From Phoronis australis (Eukaryota; Animalia; Phoronida), in NCBI GenBank assembly GCA_002633005.1, contig NMRA01000115.1:370104-434103 (forward strand): 64,000 nucleotides of DNA, in the 5' to 3' direction. Positions 37,772-49,254 of this stretch are shown here, piece by piece. The first letter of the stretch is position 1. Each line of letters opens with the position of its first letter. The position numbers were made by a program, and so were the translations under genes. The notes below the pieces were generated by a model. The model searched no databases. It saw nothing but the letters and a program-made list of their open reading frames with translations, and had not been told where the DNA came from.

Positions 37772-40384
37772 ATGACGTGGATACTTGTGATCACGTGTTT
37801 CGGGATAACGACTAGCACGTCACTCGCGCAGCCACCATCATTGACTGGAGAGTTTTCGACGTCTTCAACTAGGCTTAGCTCGCCACTTAACACCACTACC
37901 CCACCAAGTGTGATTGAATGGGAAATGCTTACTCTTCCACCCCTTGCACTGGGAACGTGTGGTTCTTTAGACGATGTATGTTACTGCCATAACAGTTCGC
38001 AGAACCCCAACATGACAAACTGTGCGGGGCGGAACTGCTTCTGTGATCGAGATTGCACGGAAAATGGTGATTGTTGCGTCGATTACGAAGAACTCCCACC
38101 AAAATACCCAGATAGTCTTCAGCGGTCGTGGATTAAAAGCGTTTTGCGATGTGGTTATATACCAAGAATATCTAACGACGACATGCTTCTTAACATTGGT
38201 CGCTGCCCACACAACTATACAGATTCACTCGTTATACAACATTGCGAAACGACATTTGGAAGTCCTCTCATTGACTGGCCTGTTATGGGCAAGCTCTCTG
38301 GCTTCTTGTACAGAAACTTTTATTGTGGAATCTGCAATGGCGAGTTTAATGTAGAATTTCTTGCTGTCCACGAGCAGTGTGAACCCAACGGTTTGCAAAT
38401 TTCCAATAGTACTAATGTATCAAAGATAGATGACGCTGTGAGGGCTAACCAGTTGTCTCTGGCTCGTAGAACAGGGGTACGCTGCTTCAACCGGAAGTAC
38501 GTGACGCAACGGCCATTAACGACATGTAACGTAAGAGATTTCCTGACTCGCCCAAAGACTAATTCTATAGACTCGTGCCCCCCTGACTGGAACAATAAAA
38601 CGATGGTGAAACTGTGCAAAAGCTATACGTCGTTTGTTTCCGTGCATCGAGAATACCAGTGGGTTTCAAACCAAAAACCATACAAAAACGTTTATTGTCT
38701 GTTGTGCAATGGCCATCGGCTTGAGGCCGCCGACTGCAATGTCCGGGAGAATAAAATTTTCAGTGTTATTAAGCCAGAGTTTCCAACGGTATCACGTGTG
38801 CAAATTCTTCCAGTTCATCAAGGGGGCATCACGTATTTCCCCATGTCAGTTTTCTTTGATGTCAATCAAGGAAGAGTGCGCACGTCTTCTAATGTTGGTT
38901 TTGAGGCCTCGGACAATCGCAAAATTGAGGCTGAAGCAAACACTCTGCAATGCCAAGACGGGTTCATGGCCTTGGCGAATACATGTGTCAAGATTTATTG
39001 TCCTAAAAACATGATTTTTAAGGGAATGAAATGCGTTGAAATAACGCAAACCACCAAGACTGCTATGTGGAATTTTTTTGTTATTCCAAAGCTATCTGGA
39101 GTGATGCGTTTTAATTGGAGCGTCGTACCTGAACACCGTCCTGTTGACGCGGTTAAAAATCTCACCAACGAGGGCCACAAAGTTAATGTCAGCGAATGCC
39201 TTTTTGCCGACATTTCTTCATTTCGGTTCCACATATACGATAACGACACGATATTTTTGGAAACTCTTCAGATTTACTTGGAACCGTCGAGTTATGAAAA
39301 TGTGTCCGTCAATGGAACATATCAGATCCACGCTTGTTTACCTGTAGATGTTTTTGAAGGCGTAAATATAACCACGTGGAATAACAGAAGCAGAACCATT
39401 TTCACGTTCAAGTACGATTCGTCGCAAACTATGTTGTCATTCGTGGGACAAATCATTTCGGTTACAGCATTATTTGTTCTATTAATTGTGTATTGCAGTG
39501 CACCATCGTTACGCAATACGCCCGGCAAATGTTTGATGTGTCTCTCACTCTCGCTATTTCTCGCTTTGCTTCTGCATCTAATTGGGATAGGTCGTTTGGA
39601 GCCTCACAACTTGTGTTACACGTTCGCAGTTCTCATCCATTACTTTTACTTATCCTCGTTCTTTTGGATGAATATTATGTCCTTCGATATGTTTCGTGTT
39701 TTTGCCCAAAGCTTTACCAGTAGTACGTCCGAAAACGGCCGAAAAAAGTTCTTGTATTATAACACCTATGGTTGGTGCACGCCATTGATTCTTGTGATCA
39801 CAGCAGTCATTATAGATCAAGTGTCGGACCCTGAGGATAGTAACTTTAGTCCTCAATATGGAATCAACTTGTGCTTCATCTCGAACAGAAACGCATTATT
39901 AGTTTACTTTGTGATCCCGCTCGGAGCATTAATTTTAGCAAACTTCATATTTTTTGCTCTGACAGCCAGAGGAATTTATCAAGCAATGAAACAAGCGAGG
40001 CGTGTGCGAAAAGCTAAGAAAGAACGATGTAAGATTTTTCTGTATCTGAAAATATCTGTTATTATGGGTCTTACGTGGGTGTTTGGGTTCCTGTTAACCA
40101 CAGCTAGTGACATTTCGTGGTTGACGTACATGTTTATTGTTCTGAACGCATTCCAAGGATTGTTCATTTGCATTGCGTTTCTGCTTTCGAAGAAAGTTCT
40201 GAAAATATGTTGCCAGCGCTTTGGAAAGAAGTCAGGAACATCGAATATCAACACCTTTAAACAAGGGACATACACACTGACGACACCGATGACGTCACGT
40301 AAAGACTTGAAAAACAATTCGTCCACTTCTGCTCAAAGCTTAGCCGTGAAAACAAGCCAGAATCGGAAAGAAACGAGTATTTAA
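37772..40384 (+). CDS. Secretin-class (Methuselah-like) GPCR with N-terminal somatomedin-B domain and two Cys-rich repeats; uninterrupted ORF
   Basis: 870-aa ORF with a hydrophobic signal peptide and SMB motif CFCDRDCTENGDCCVDY. Two CP...C...Y(R/K)N.YC..CNG repeats and many N-x-S/T sites. Seven hydrophobic helices with LRNTPGKCL, HYFYLSSFFWMN, YGW, PQYG..LCFI, MGLTWVFG, NAFQGLFI. Acceptor-like ttatttttggtag at 37736-37748. Confidence 0.93.
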   Translation: MTWILVITCFGITTSTSLAQPPSLTGEFSTSSTRLSSPLNTTTPPSVIEWEMLTLPPLALGTCGSLDDVCYCHNSSQNPNMTNCAGRNCFCDRDCTENGDCCVDYEELPPKYPDSLQRSWIKSVLRCGYIPRISNDDMLLNIGRCPHNYTDSLVIQHCETTFGSPLIDWPVMGKLSGFLYRNFYCGICNGEFNVEFLAVHEQCEPNGLQISNSTNVSKIDDAVRANQLSLARRTGVRCFNRKYVTQRPLTTCNVRDFLTRPKTNSIDSCPPDWNNKTMVKLCKSYTSFVSVHREYQWVSNQKPYKNVYCLLCNGHRLEAADCNVRENKIFSVIKPEFPTVSRVQILPVHQGGITYFPMSVFFDVNQGRVRTSSNVGFEASDNRKIEAEANTLQCQDGFMALANTCVKIYCPKNMIFKGMKCVEITQTTKTAMWNFFVIPKLSGVMRFNWSVVPEHRPVDAVKNLTNEGHKVNVSECLFADISSFRFHIYDNDTIFLETLQIYLEPSSYENVSVNGTYQIHACLPVDVFEGVNITTWNNRSRTIFTFKYDSSQTMLSFVGQIISVTALFVLLIVYCSAPSLRNTPGKCLMCLSLSLFLALLLHLIGIGRLEPHNLCYTFAVLIHYFYLSSFFWMNIMSFDMFRVFAQSFTSSTSENGRKKFLYYNTYGWCTPLILVITAVIIDQVSDPEDSNFSPQYGINLCFISNRNALLVYFVIPLGALILANFIFFALTARGIYQAMKQARRVRKAKKERCKIFLYLKISVIMGLTWVFGFLLTTASDISWLTYMFIVLNAFQGLFICIAFLLSKKVLKICCQRFGKKSGTSNINTFKQGTYTLTTPMTSRKDLKNNSSTSAQSLAVKTSQNRKETSI

Positions 40385-41919
40385 TTAAATACCGGTATCT
40401 GTATGCACTGCATTCTGTGGACTTTTCTGGAAGAGTGGCACTGTGCATACATGACGCTTTGACATGTAAAATTTCACGACTCCCCTGGTTTAATGATTCA
40501 TTGTAAACAAATGGACAGGAAAAGGATTACGCCCTGGTGTCCTGAGTGAGTTACTGTACACGAATTTGTGTAGAATGCATCGTTAATGCCACTTGTGGTT
40601 GTACCAGCAAGACGTTTTCCAAATTCCAACCGGTGAAAATAGCCCAATGTTATATTCAAACCAATCGGAATGTCTGGATATTTCTTCCAGATTCACCACC
40701 CTCCACAGTGTTACTGTTCGTAGCAATAGCCAAGAGTGTACGGCACGGCTATGTCTCTCAGATTTCAGAGTGAATGCAGTATACAGTGGATGCAGCAGAA
40801 CAGATAGAACGCTTGTAAATGTTGTCATTTATACTCATAATCTGCTGTTAGGCCGGCCTTCCGTCGAAGAAATAGTACAACTTTTGATTCAGTCCACTTA
40901 CGGTTACAAAGCACGTCTCAGATTGTTTCTTATTGAGATTGGAAGGGATTTCTGACGGTTCTTTGTACTTTTATAACGGCAAGTTGTCTAAACCAAACTT
41001 TTTTTACGGGACAGGCTGCTTCAACATCATGTCATTTTGGAGGACAGTGCCTCCGATTATTGGCATGCTCATAACGCACTGCTTGAGTAATTCTTTTGAG
41101 GCTCTTTGTGTATCGCTACAGCAACTGCCCACTAACGTGAAACTATTATAAGGTTAAGTAAACTGTTTGAATGCAAATGTTTGTTCTTAAACATGTCTTG
41201 TAAAGCGTTTAGTATTATTATATGAGACCGAAAATGGTTATCAACTCAGTTGTTCTGTGGCAATAACCGTTTAGTTCTCAAGCAAATTTACGCGCCCTAA
41301 ACTTTATCGAGTCTGTTGTGAAGTAACACCGGGATGTTGTTGGTATTTCCTGAGTTATGACATCACTTCCATACTGTATAAAGAATAAGATGAGAATGAT
41401 TTTATTGATCAATGGATAAATCAAAAGCTGGTTCTCGATAGAAACAATAGAGGGTGTAGCATAAACGATCAGTGGTTCATAGGGTTGTATCTTCAACAAT
41501 TTTGAAAATATGTTTATGAAATTTTGTGTACATAAAATGTGGTGCATTCTTGCTATGTTTTGACGCGACATCATCTTGAAAATCGCTCATTAACGAACAA
41601 ATGTCACATTGACAGCTGATAGAGGAAATACTACTCAAAATCCAATACGTTTTACTGTCATACTCACACAAATCACACAAACATATCAATTGTATTAATC
41701 AACAATTGTCAGTGTAGCCCTTGTCGTTTAATCAGTTTTGCTTTTCCCACTTACGTCGACGGTTCGTTGTTTACGGTAGTGCTGATGAGTGGAGACGCTT
41801 GAAATCGATGTCCATCAGGGGCTTTCGCCAGGAATTTCTGATGCGACAATGGTGAAGGTCACATTATGTTATCTTGGGATAACTCCGATGTTAGTTAACA
41901 TTTGAAGCTAAGGCCAAGC

Positions 41920-42510
41920 ACGTTTTAGAATTGGTGGCACCACATTAACCTCTTCCAAGCGGAAGACAAAATCAAATCCGAAGTGAATGGAAATTCAACG
42001 AAAAAAAGTACTGGCAAGCGCGAAAAGCGGCCAGAACGAGTAACAGCACACGCACGGTTGATCTGCAGCAACTGACGGCACAGATCGTTCGATGGAGTCA
42101 AGGGAGCCTCCGCCGAGGGAAGGCTTGAAGGTGTCACCTGAAGTCATGAATTGGGTGACAAAAGTTGCTTTGAGACGTCACCGTAAATTGTCTGCTCGCG
42201 GCTCTTATGTTGAGCGTGGAGCGCATGGTTTGTTGCAGATGCTTGAGGAAAACCAAATCCGACTCCATCGTACGAGCGTCGAGCGACAGACGGAACTCAT
42301 CCACCAAGTGGAAAAGTAACCCATACACAAGCTCAGCAGGAGAACAGCCCTGACCCACCCGCCATGACGAACTTATCCCCAAGAAAACCAGTGGCAGTTC
42401 TGCCAACCAGTGCGGGCTGGTAGTGCGCGCTTTTGGAGATGCCATCAGGGCACTGTGAAAACTTTCTATCATGCCATTTGCCTGCAGGTGGTATGCAGTA
42501 GTGGTGTCAG
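41920..42510 (-). pseudogene. Gypsy integrase core fragment (second family)
   Basis: TTAYHLQANGMIESFH...WLAELPLVFLGI...GCSPAELVYG. Confidence 0.8.
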
Positions 42511-43369
42511 TAGCTGTACTCAAAACCTAAGACGCCAGAAATTTGTAACGTGTATTACTGTGCAAGCTCTAAATCTTGAAAGTAGCCATTCATAAGAAAT
42601 ACACAGGCGCGGATTATTATTAGTAATTTGAAAGTGAAGGGAGACAACCTTACCGATAGCCTGTAGCAGATAGTGTACATGTATGTCAAAATACTTCTTA
42701 CTGCCAATTATCAGCGTCACTGGTCACAATTTTTAACGTCTCTTGATGTTTGAAGTTTGCCCAGCTCAACTTTATGTTACCAATTGTCCGGAAGACAATT
42801 TTTGAAAGTACAAATCCTTTCTTAAGTTTGTGGTGGAATTCATTTCGCTATCGGATTTGCCGATAGCCCAGTTGACGACCAGGAATATTCAGAGGTTCCT
42901 GATCCAAATTTCATTCTATTTTTCCTAAATTTTCCACATCTCTTGTGCTCAGAAATTGGATCCACGTACAGTGATGTGAGATGAAATGTTACCGATCGCC
43001 TAGGTGTCTTGCAATGGAATATACACTCTGTCGAAGAGAGGTTAAGTCATAATCGGTAAGAAAACATTACATTGGAATTCTTCAAGAATTACATATTTTC
43101 GCCTGTAAGTAGGTGAAATTAAGGTTATCTTCAAAAAGTTGTTCGCTTTGTGTGATCCACAAAATCATGAATCAATTATTTCATCACTAAATGCTTTACA
43201 ATTCTTATTTTGGCTAGGAGATTGTGAAAAGGTGACAGAACATAATCACTACTGTGTTGGAGGCAGATGTTCTACCAAAGGTGTCTAGTTGTGCATCTTG
43301 GAAGCTTGACAGGCACATGTCCGTAGTGAATACGGATACAGAACTGCCGCGAATGACGTTGGAAATGCA

Positions 43370-44784
43370 TACTGCGGCTGAAACCACGTCCGCTGGGGAT
43401 TGAAAAAGGTGGGGGTTTAATCTGCTTATGAAACCACGGCCGCTTGGGGTTCCGTAGAGGGTCGTCATTTCATCCGTCCATGAACTCACGGAAGCCTCAG
43501 GGTCTGTAAAGGGAATTGGTTTTGTCCGCCCCTGCAACCACTGCCGCTTCGAGGGTTTATAAAGGGTCATGGTTTCATCTTCCCATGAAACCACGACCCC
43601 TCGGGTTCCTTAAAGTGTCATGCAAGCATGGTGCATCGTTGTCTGTAAAAGGTCGTGATTTTATCCGTGGTATGTAAATGTTCACGATTTCATCCGCCTA
43701 TGAAACCGAGGCATCTGTGGGGTCTACAAACGGTCATGGTTTCATCCGCCAACGAATCCATGGCCGCTTTGGGGCCAGTAAAGCGTCGTGGTTTCATCTG
43801 CCAGTGAAACCACGACCGCTTTTGGATCTGTAAAGTGTAGTGATTTGATCTGTTTATGAAACTATGGCCTCTTCAGGGTCCGTAAAAGGTCGTGGTTTCT
43901 TTCGACCATGAAACTATGGCCTCTTCGGGGTCTCTAAAGGGTTATGGTCTCATGCGCCTAGGAAACCACAGCTGCTTCGGGGTCTATAAAAGTTCATGGT
44001 CCGTACATGAAATAACCGCCGTTTCGAAATCTCTAAAGGGTCATGCTTTCATCCGCCCATGAAACTATGACTGCTTCGGGGTTTCTAAAGGGACATGGTT
44101 TCATTCTCCTCGGGGTGTGTAAAGAGACAAGGTTTCATCTGCCCATGAACACACGGCCGCTTCTCGGATCTGTGAAGAACCGTGCGTTCTTCAGCCTATG
44201 AAACCACGGCCTCATCGGGGTGTGTAAATTGACATGGTTGCATCCGCCCATGGCCGCATCAGGGTCTGTAAAGCGTCATGTTTTCACCCCCTCCCCGCCA
44301 CCCCATGAAACCACGGCCCATTCGTGTCCTGTAATGGGTATGGTTTCATCGGCTCATGAAATCAGGACCCTTCGTGGTCTGTAAAGGATCGTGGTTTCAT
44401 TCGCCTATGAAACCATGGCCTTTTCGCGATCTGTAAAAGGTGGTCGTTCTATCCGTCCATGACACTACGGCCACTACGGGATCTGTTAAAGTGCCCTTGC
44501 ATTATCCGACCTTGAAACCACAGCCCCTCGGGTTCTGTAAAAGTTCGTGATTTCATTCGCCAATGAGAGCAGGCCGCTTTGGGGTCTGTAAAGGGTCATG
44601 GTTTTATACGCCCATAAAACCGTGGCCGCTTCAGGCTCTATAAAAGGCCATGGTTTCATCTGCCTTTGAAATCACAGCCTCTTCGAGGTCTGTAAAATGT
44701 CATGGTTTCATCCGTACTTGAAACAACTGCCGTTTCGAGGTCTCTAAAGGGCCATGCTTTCATCTCCCATGAAACCGTGACCCA
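43370..44784 (+). repeat. 52-bp satellite, array 1 (~27 diverged units)
   Basis: Consensus ccatgaaaccacggccgcttcggggtctgtaaagggtcatggtttcatccgc. tgaaacc recurs about every 52 bp. Confidence 0.9.
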
Positions 44785-45057
44785 TTAAAGTGTAACTTGC
44801 AAGGTCCAAGTATGTTAAATTGCAATAATTTCTTCAATGTATTGCTATTTGGATGTATTTTATTCAAATTATCGTATTATTGTATCTTTAGTTATTTAAA
44901 AAAAGCGAAAATAAGAAAATGCGCGAAAAGTTGACCTTTGACATCGTGACATGGTGTTGGGGAACACAAACCAGATCATACCCCACAATGCAGTTCACTG
45001 CTATTATATCACAGTACACGAAGAACAAAGACCGTTCAACCTTTGCGTGTTTTAGTC

Positions 45058-45304
45058 ATGGTGCATCGGTGTGTGTGTGTGCTAACTATTTTAACACCAC
45101 CCAAGTGGAAGGCATGAGCCCATTTAAATTCTAAAAAGACAAGTATCTGGCTGCGTAATGGCAGGTTTTCCTGTGCTCTGCTCGTCTTTTGAAATGACTG
45201 TCGAGTCAGCCATCTGTCGGAGCCGAAATATGCTCCGACCATTTTGAGGACGGCTGCTTTGACGACAAACACATCATGAAGGTTGAAGCTGGTCTTATAA
45301 AAAG
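45058..45304 (+). pseudogene. THAP domain exon remnant
   Basis: MVHRCV-CANYFNTTQVEGMSPFKF*KDKYLAA*WQVF...EICSDHFEDGCFD, followed by a gtaagt donor. Confidence 0.75.
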
Positions 45305-46121
45305 GTAAGTTATCTTGAGAATTTTGATGTATAATAATTCATGACGCTTTCGCAGGGCCTGAACAATAACAATCTTTTTTCATAATCACCGTAGTTCTCA
45401 AGTGTTAAAATCTGTTCTTTTTACGTGAAAGATTTAGTTATAAATGGGTCAGTAAAACTAAAAGCCACAACAAATAAAACTGATCTCAAAAGATGCATGT
45501 ATTTTGAAATGAATGCAGACTATGAATAAAGTAAAACAGGATGGTAACTCAATTCCAAGGTTTTGATTATTAAAGTAGTCAGTTTCAAAAAACAGGATTA
45601 AAATCTAGTTTTGGCATTTGCTTGAAGGTTATAAAAGAAGGCGAAAACTTGCAATTAGATATCATCGTGTTTTACTTTAATCATGGACAACTCTGGATTC
45701 AAAATGTTTTTTTTTACTTTTGAATTGCCGCTGTTGTGCTTTTCAGAGTATGTAAATGAAAGGAGAACACCTTCCACTTAGTGCGGAACAAAAGAGAAGC
45801 TGGAGATCTTGAATTCGCTTAGAAATTGATGCCCCTCCAATGCCGACTGCTGGTGCTCCAGATGTGTCCAAGGAGGATGCCGTGGCACAGATAAATTCAG
45901 ACTTGGTGCTTTGTCAATGGACAGCACTGGAATTTCTTTCCGTCACATATTTAACAGTCACTACCAATGTTTTAGATCAAATTTTTGATAGTGGTACAGA
46001 TAGCAATGCCAGAGTGTTTATAGTACCAGAAGTGGAAATTGTGAAAAGCTTTTGTGTGTGGTATTTGGCTGTCCCATTCGTATAGATAAACCCAGTGATT
46101 TACTATATTCTTATATTGAAA

Positions 46122-46269
46122 CTAGTGGCAGATTTAGAGGGGGGCCATGCCCCCCCTAAAATTCTCCCAGATTCTATTTGACTGTTTGGGGGTGCGAATG
46201 TCTGACGGGCAAAATCCTGGCTAATACCGTGCCCTGGCCCCCTAATTCAAAATCCCGGATCCGCACCTG
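46122..46269. mobile_element. Short GC-rich MITE (gtggc.gat-type ends)
   Basis: tagtggcagatttagaggggg ... cccggatccgcacctg. Confidence 0.5.
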
Positions 46270-47340
46270 GAAACATTTCAATGGTTCTTCAATACAATGA
46301 CTATAAATGTTGCGGCATAGCTTTTTTAAGTATATTATTTGATTTGCACTAAACTGTTGCTGTCCCATACAGTGGGTCGGTAAAGGAAGACTTTCTTAAG
46401 TGGGGGTGAAAAGGTACTTGTTTGGGTAGTCAGTCTTTTCGTGCGACAATCTCATCTAAATTGTACACAGAATAATCACTTGCACAGAATTCGAACATTG
46501 TCTTGGGAATTTTTGAGTGAGTGGTATAAGCACTCCCTCCAGATTTCCCAATTCATACTCATGTGCATTCTTTTTGTGTTTTCAGACCATGTCATAGACA
46601 TCTAAAGCTATTGCATACTGGAGCTTTTGGGTTGAGATTCAGTGACTGCTGTGTCGTGTTATTTGATTTCTCACTGAATTACAGTAGAACTCGCTAAGTT
46701 GTATCCAGTGAGACTGAGATATTTCATCAAAGTTAGAGTTATTTGGAGGCGTTACTGCGGAATTAATGCTAACCTTCCTAAAGTTCCCACTGAAGCGCTA
46801 CCAATTTAGAGAGTTCTACTGTATAAGAAGAGGCAGAAGATTCAGTCTCGACTTCAGACTATGGCCCAGATTCAAAACTATTAATTTTTATGTAACAGCC
46901 ATACTGTTCAATGTGTTCGCTTCAAGCACACAAACTGGACTCCAATGAGACCAATTCCTCTGTTTACCTAGGTAAACCATAAGTTCAACTGATGTTGAGT
47001 TTAGAGGTTTATAATGTAGCCCTAGTTAAATTACACTTGTCATTATAAGTAACCAGATTGGTGAGCATCAATAAATGCTGCTCGCTGTGTTAATTATTTA
47101 CCATTCTGAAACCACAGAAGTCTATGCATGGAATGCCTACTTCAATTTCATGCCGCTGAGGTTGCACTGGGATTGCATTCGTTTGTTACGATGTTTGATC
47201 TTTCTATGGAATTTGTCACTACAACTTTTTGCAACTCGTTTGAATTACATAAAACTAGTCCCCGAGTCACAAGTTTTTATTACAGAATACATAGGTCCTG
47301 TGGAGGAGTTGGCATTCCAGGGCTAAGACAACTGTTGATA

Positions 47341-48058
47341 NNNNNNNNNNNNNNNNNNNNNNNNNNNNNNNNNNNNNNNNNNNNNNNNNNNNNNNNNNNN
47401 NNNNNNNNNNNNNNNNNNNNNNNNNNNNNNNNNNNNNNNNNNNNNNNNNNNNNNNNNNNNNNNNNNNNNNNNNNNNNNNNNNNNNNNNNNNNNNNNNNNN
47501 NNNNNNNNNNNNNNNNNNNNNNNNNNNNNNNNNNNNNNNNNNNNNNNNNNNNNNNNNNNNNNNNNNNNNNNNNNNNNNNNNNNNNNNNNNNNNNNNNNNN
47601 NNNNNNNNNNNNNNNNNNNNNNNNNNNNNNNNNNNNNNNNNNNNNNNNNNNNNNNNNNNNNNNNNNNNNNNNNNNNNNNNNNNNNNNNNNNNNNNNNNNN
47701 NNNNNNNNNNNNNNNNNNNNNNNNNNNNNNNNNNNNNNNNNNNNNNNNNNNNNNNNNNNNNNNNNNNNNNNNNNNNNNNNNNNNNNNNNNNNNNNNNNNN
47801 NNNNNNNNNNNNNNNNNNNNNNNNNNNNNNNNNNNNNNNNNNNNNNNNNNNNNNNNNNNNNNNNNNNNNNNNNNNNNNNNNNNNNNNNNNNNNNNNNNNN
47901 NNNNNNNNNNNNNNNNNNNNNNNNNNNNNNNNNNNNNNNNNNNNNNNNNNNNNNNNNNNNNNNNNNNNNNNNNNNNNNNNNNNNNNNNNNNNNNNNNNNN
48001 NNNNNNNNNNNNNNNNNNNNNNNNNNNNNNNNNNNNNNNNNNNNNNNNNNNNNNNNNN
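47341..48058. other. Assembly gap (N run)
   Basis: Continuous N bases. Confidence 1.
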
Positions 48059-48699
48059 CATATTGATAATACTCTTACCAATCACTAACATCTAATCGCA
48101 ACTCCTGCGCACCTTCAGCCTGTTGACGTTCACAGGACGAACCCGCTGGGAGTGAGTCTTCGGCGACCAGAGAAAGGGCCGTGAAAGGGATCGAGGGAGA
48201 ACGGCTCCACTACAGAAAAGCTGTGAACACATATTGTTCCTCTGGCATATGTCACCTCTACCTCCACGTCCGAAAGGTCGGAATCCTCTGAAAAGTCCAC
48301 CTGTCCGTCCCTGTATCGTTCAAAGTATTCCTCATCTACGCTGCTGTACTCACTTGGACACACATTGCTTCCTTTGTGTTCCCCAACACCACGTCACAGA
48401 TGTGTAACGAACGAAAATGGCGCCGTTTCTATTCTCCGTTACAACGATGGCGTTACAACACCACGGCACTAAATATGTAAATAACTTTGTATAGCGGCGT
48501 ACAATTCAGTTAATGTTAAGAATATAGCAATGATAATTATAAACTAGAATTTAGACCATATTGTTGTTCAGATTGGTTTGGACCTTGCAATTTCCTGTTT
48601 AAAGACCTGGAAGCGGTAATGGTTTCTGCATGTAAAATGTCCTTGTTTTATTTGACTTTCTAAAACTGCTCTCAGGTGGTGGCGTGTTACAACTACTAT

Positions 48700-49254
48700 T
48701 AAAATCTCTTGGTGTTTTTACACCGACCTTTTCTCTTTTTTAACTGTCACGACGTTTCGGTCGGTTTGTTCTCCGGCCATTGTCAGGTGTTCCTGCGCTC
48801 TTAGAAGAACGAACACGGATATGTGGTACACTCATGGTGTGATTTTTTTGTCCAAGGCAGGATTTGAGCCTAGAGATAATTTGAGAGCAGCACATTAACC
48901 ACTGCACCACAGAGTCATCCATTTACTTAGAGGGAATTGTATTACACTTAAACCTTCCTAAGTACAATGAGCGGGGTGTCACTTGGTTGTTTCCTTGGCT
49001 GACTGAAGACATTACCTTGTACTTTTGACCCTTCTCTTGGTGCAACCTGTTTCACTGTCAAATATTCGGATGTTGATCCACTGGATATTGTGTTGTTTCG
49101 AGCACATGTGTTCTGCTTCTCCTGATGGGGTATTACCCTCTCTACAACACCTTTTATGTTAAGCAATTCTTGTCTCCAGTAGTCTTAATGTTTCACCGAT
49201 ACATGGTTCACTACATTCACATGGATTTTCATAGATGACAATGTTCATTTTCCA
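48700..49254 (-). mobile_element. Penelope-like element 3' end (GIY-YIG endonuclease remnant)
   Basis: VIYENPCECSEPCIGETLRLLETRIA*HKRCCREG...AEHMCSKQHNIQWINIRIFDSETGCTKRRVK. A small tRNA-like insert lies at ~48845-48920. Confidence 0.8.
48745..48790 (-). ncRNA. Degenerate minimal hammerhead ribozyme motif of the Penelope-like element
   Basis: cac-CTGACAA-tggccgg[agaacaaa]ccgacc-GAAA-cg-TC-gtg. The core differs from CTGANGA at one base. Confidence 0.55.

Larger units (their letters stand above)
44789..48598 (+). mobile_element. Kolobok-like family C spanning the assembly gap
   Basis: TTAA at 44785-44788 and 48599-48602. 21-bp TIR (17/21) agtgtaacttgcaaggtccaa. Subterminal inverted pair gtgacatggtgttggggaacacaaa / tttgtgttccccaacaccacgtcac. 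THAP remnant on +, acidic ORF start (48130-48363) on -. Confidence 0.7.

Noticed and set aside
41775-41820. Hammerhead-like ctgatgag...gaaa motif
   Set aside because: Stems I and III pair poorly and there is no Penelope context; it may be a chance match.
47128-48091. Long ORFs of 252-312 aa in the ORF track
   Set aside because: Artefacts of the N run.
531-48920. Functional tRNA genes at the various A/B-box sites
   Set aside because: Stems are imperfect, no clean cloverleaf is seen, and the sites lie inside repeats; treated as tRNA-derived sequence.
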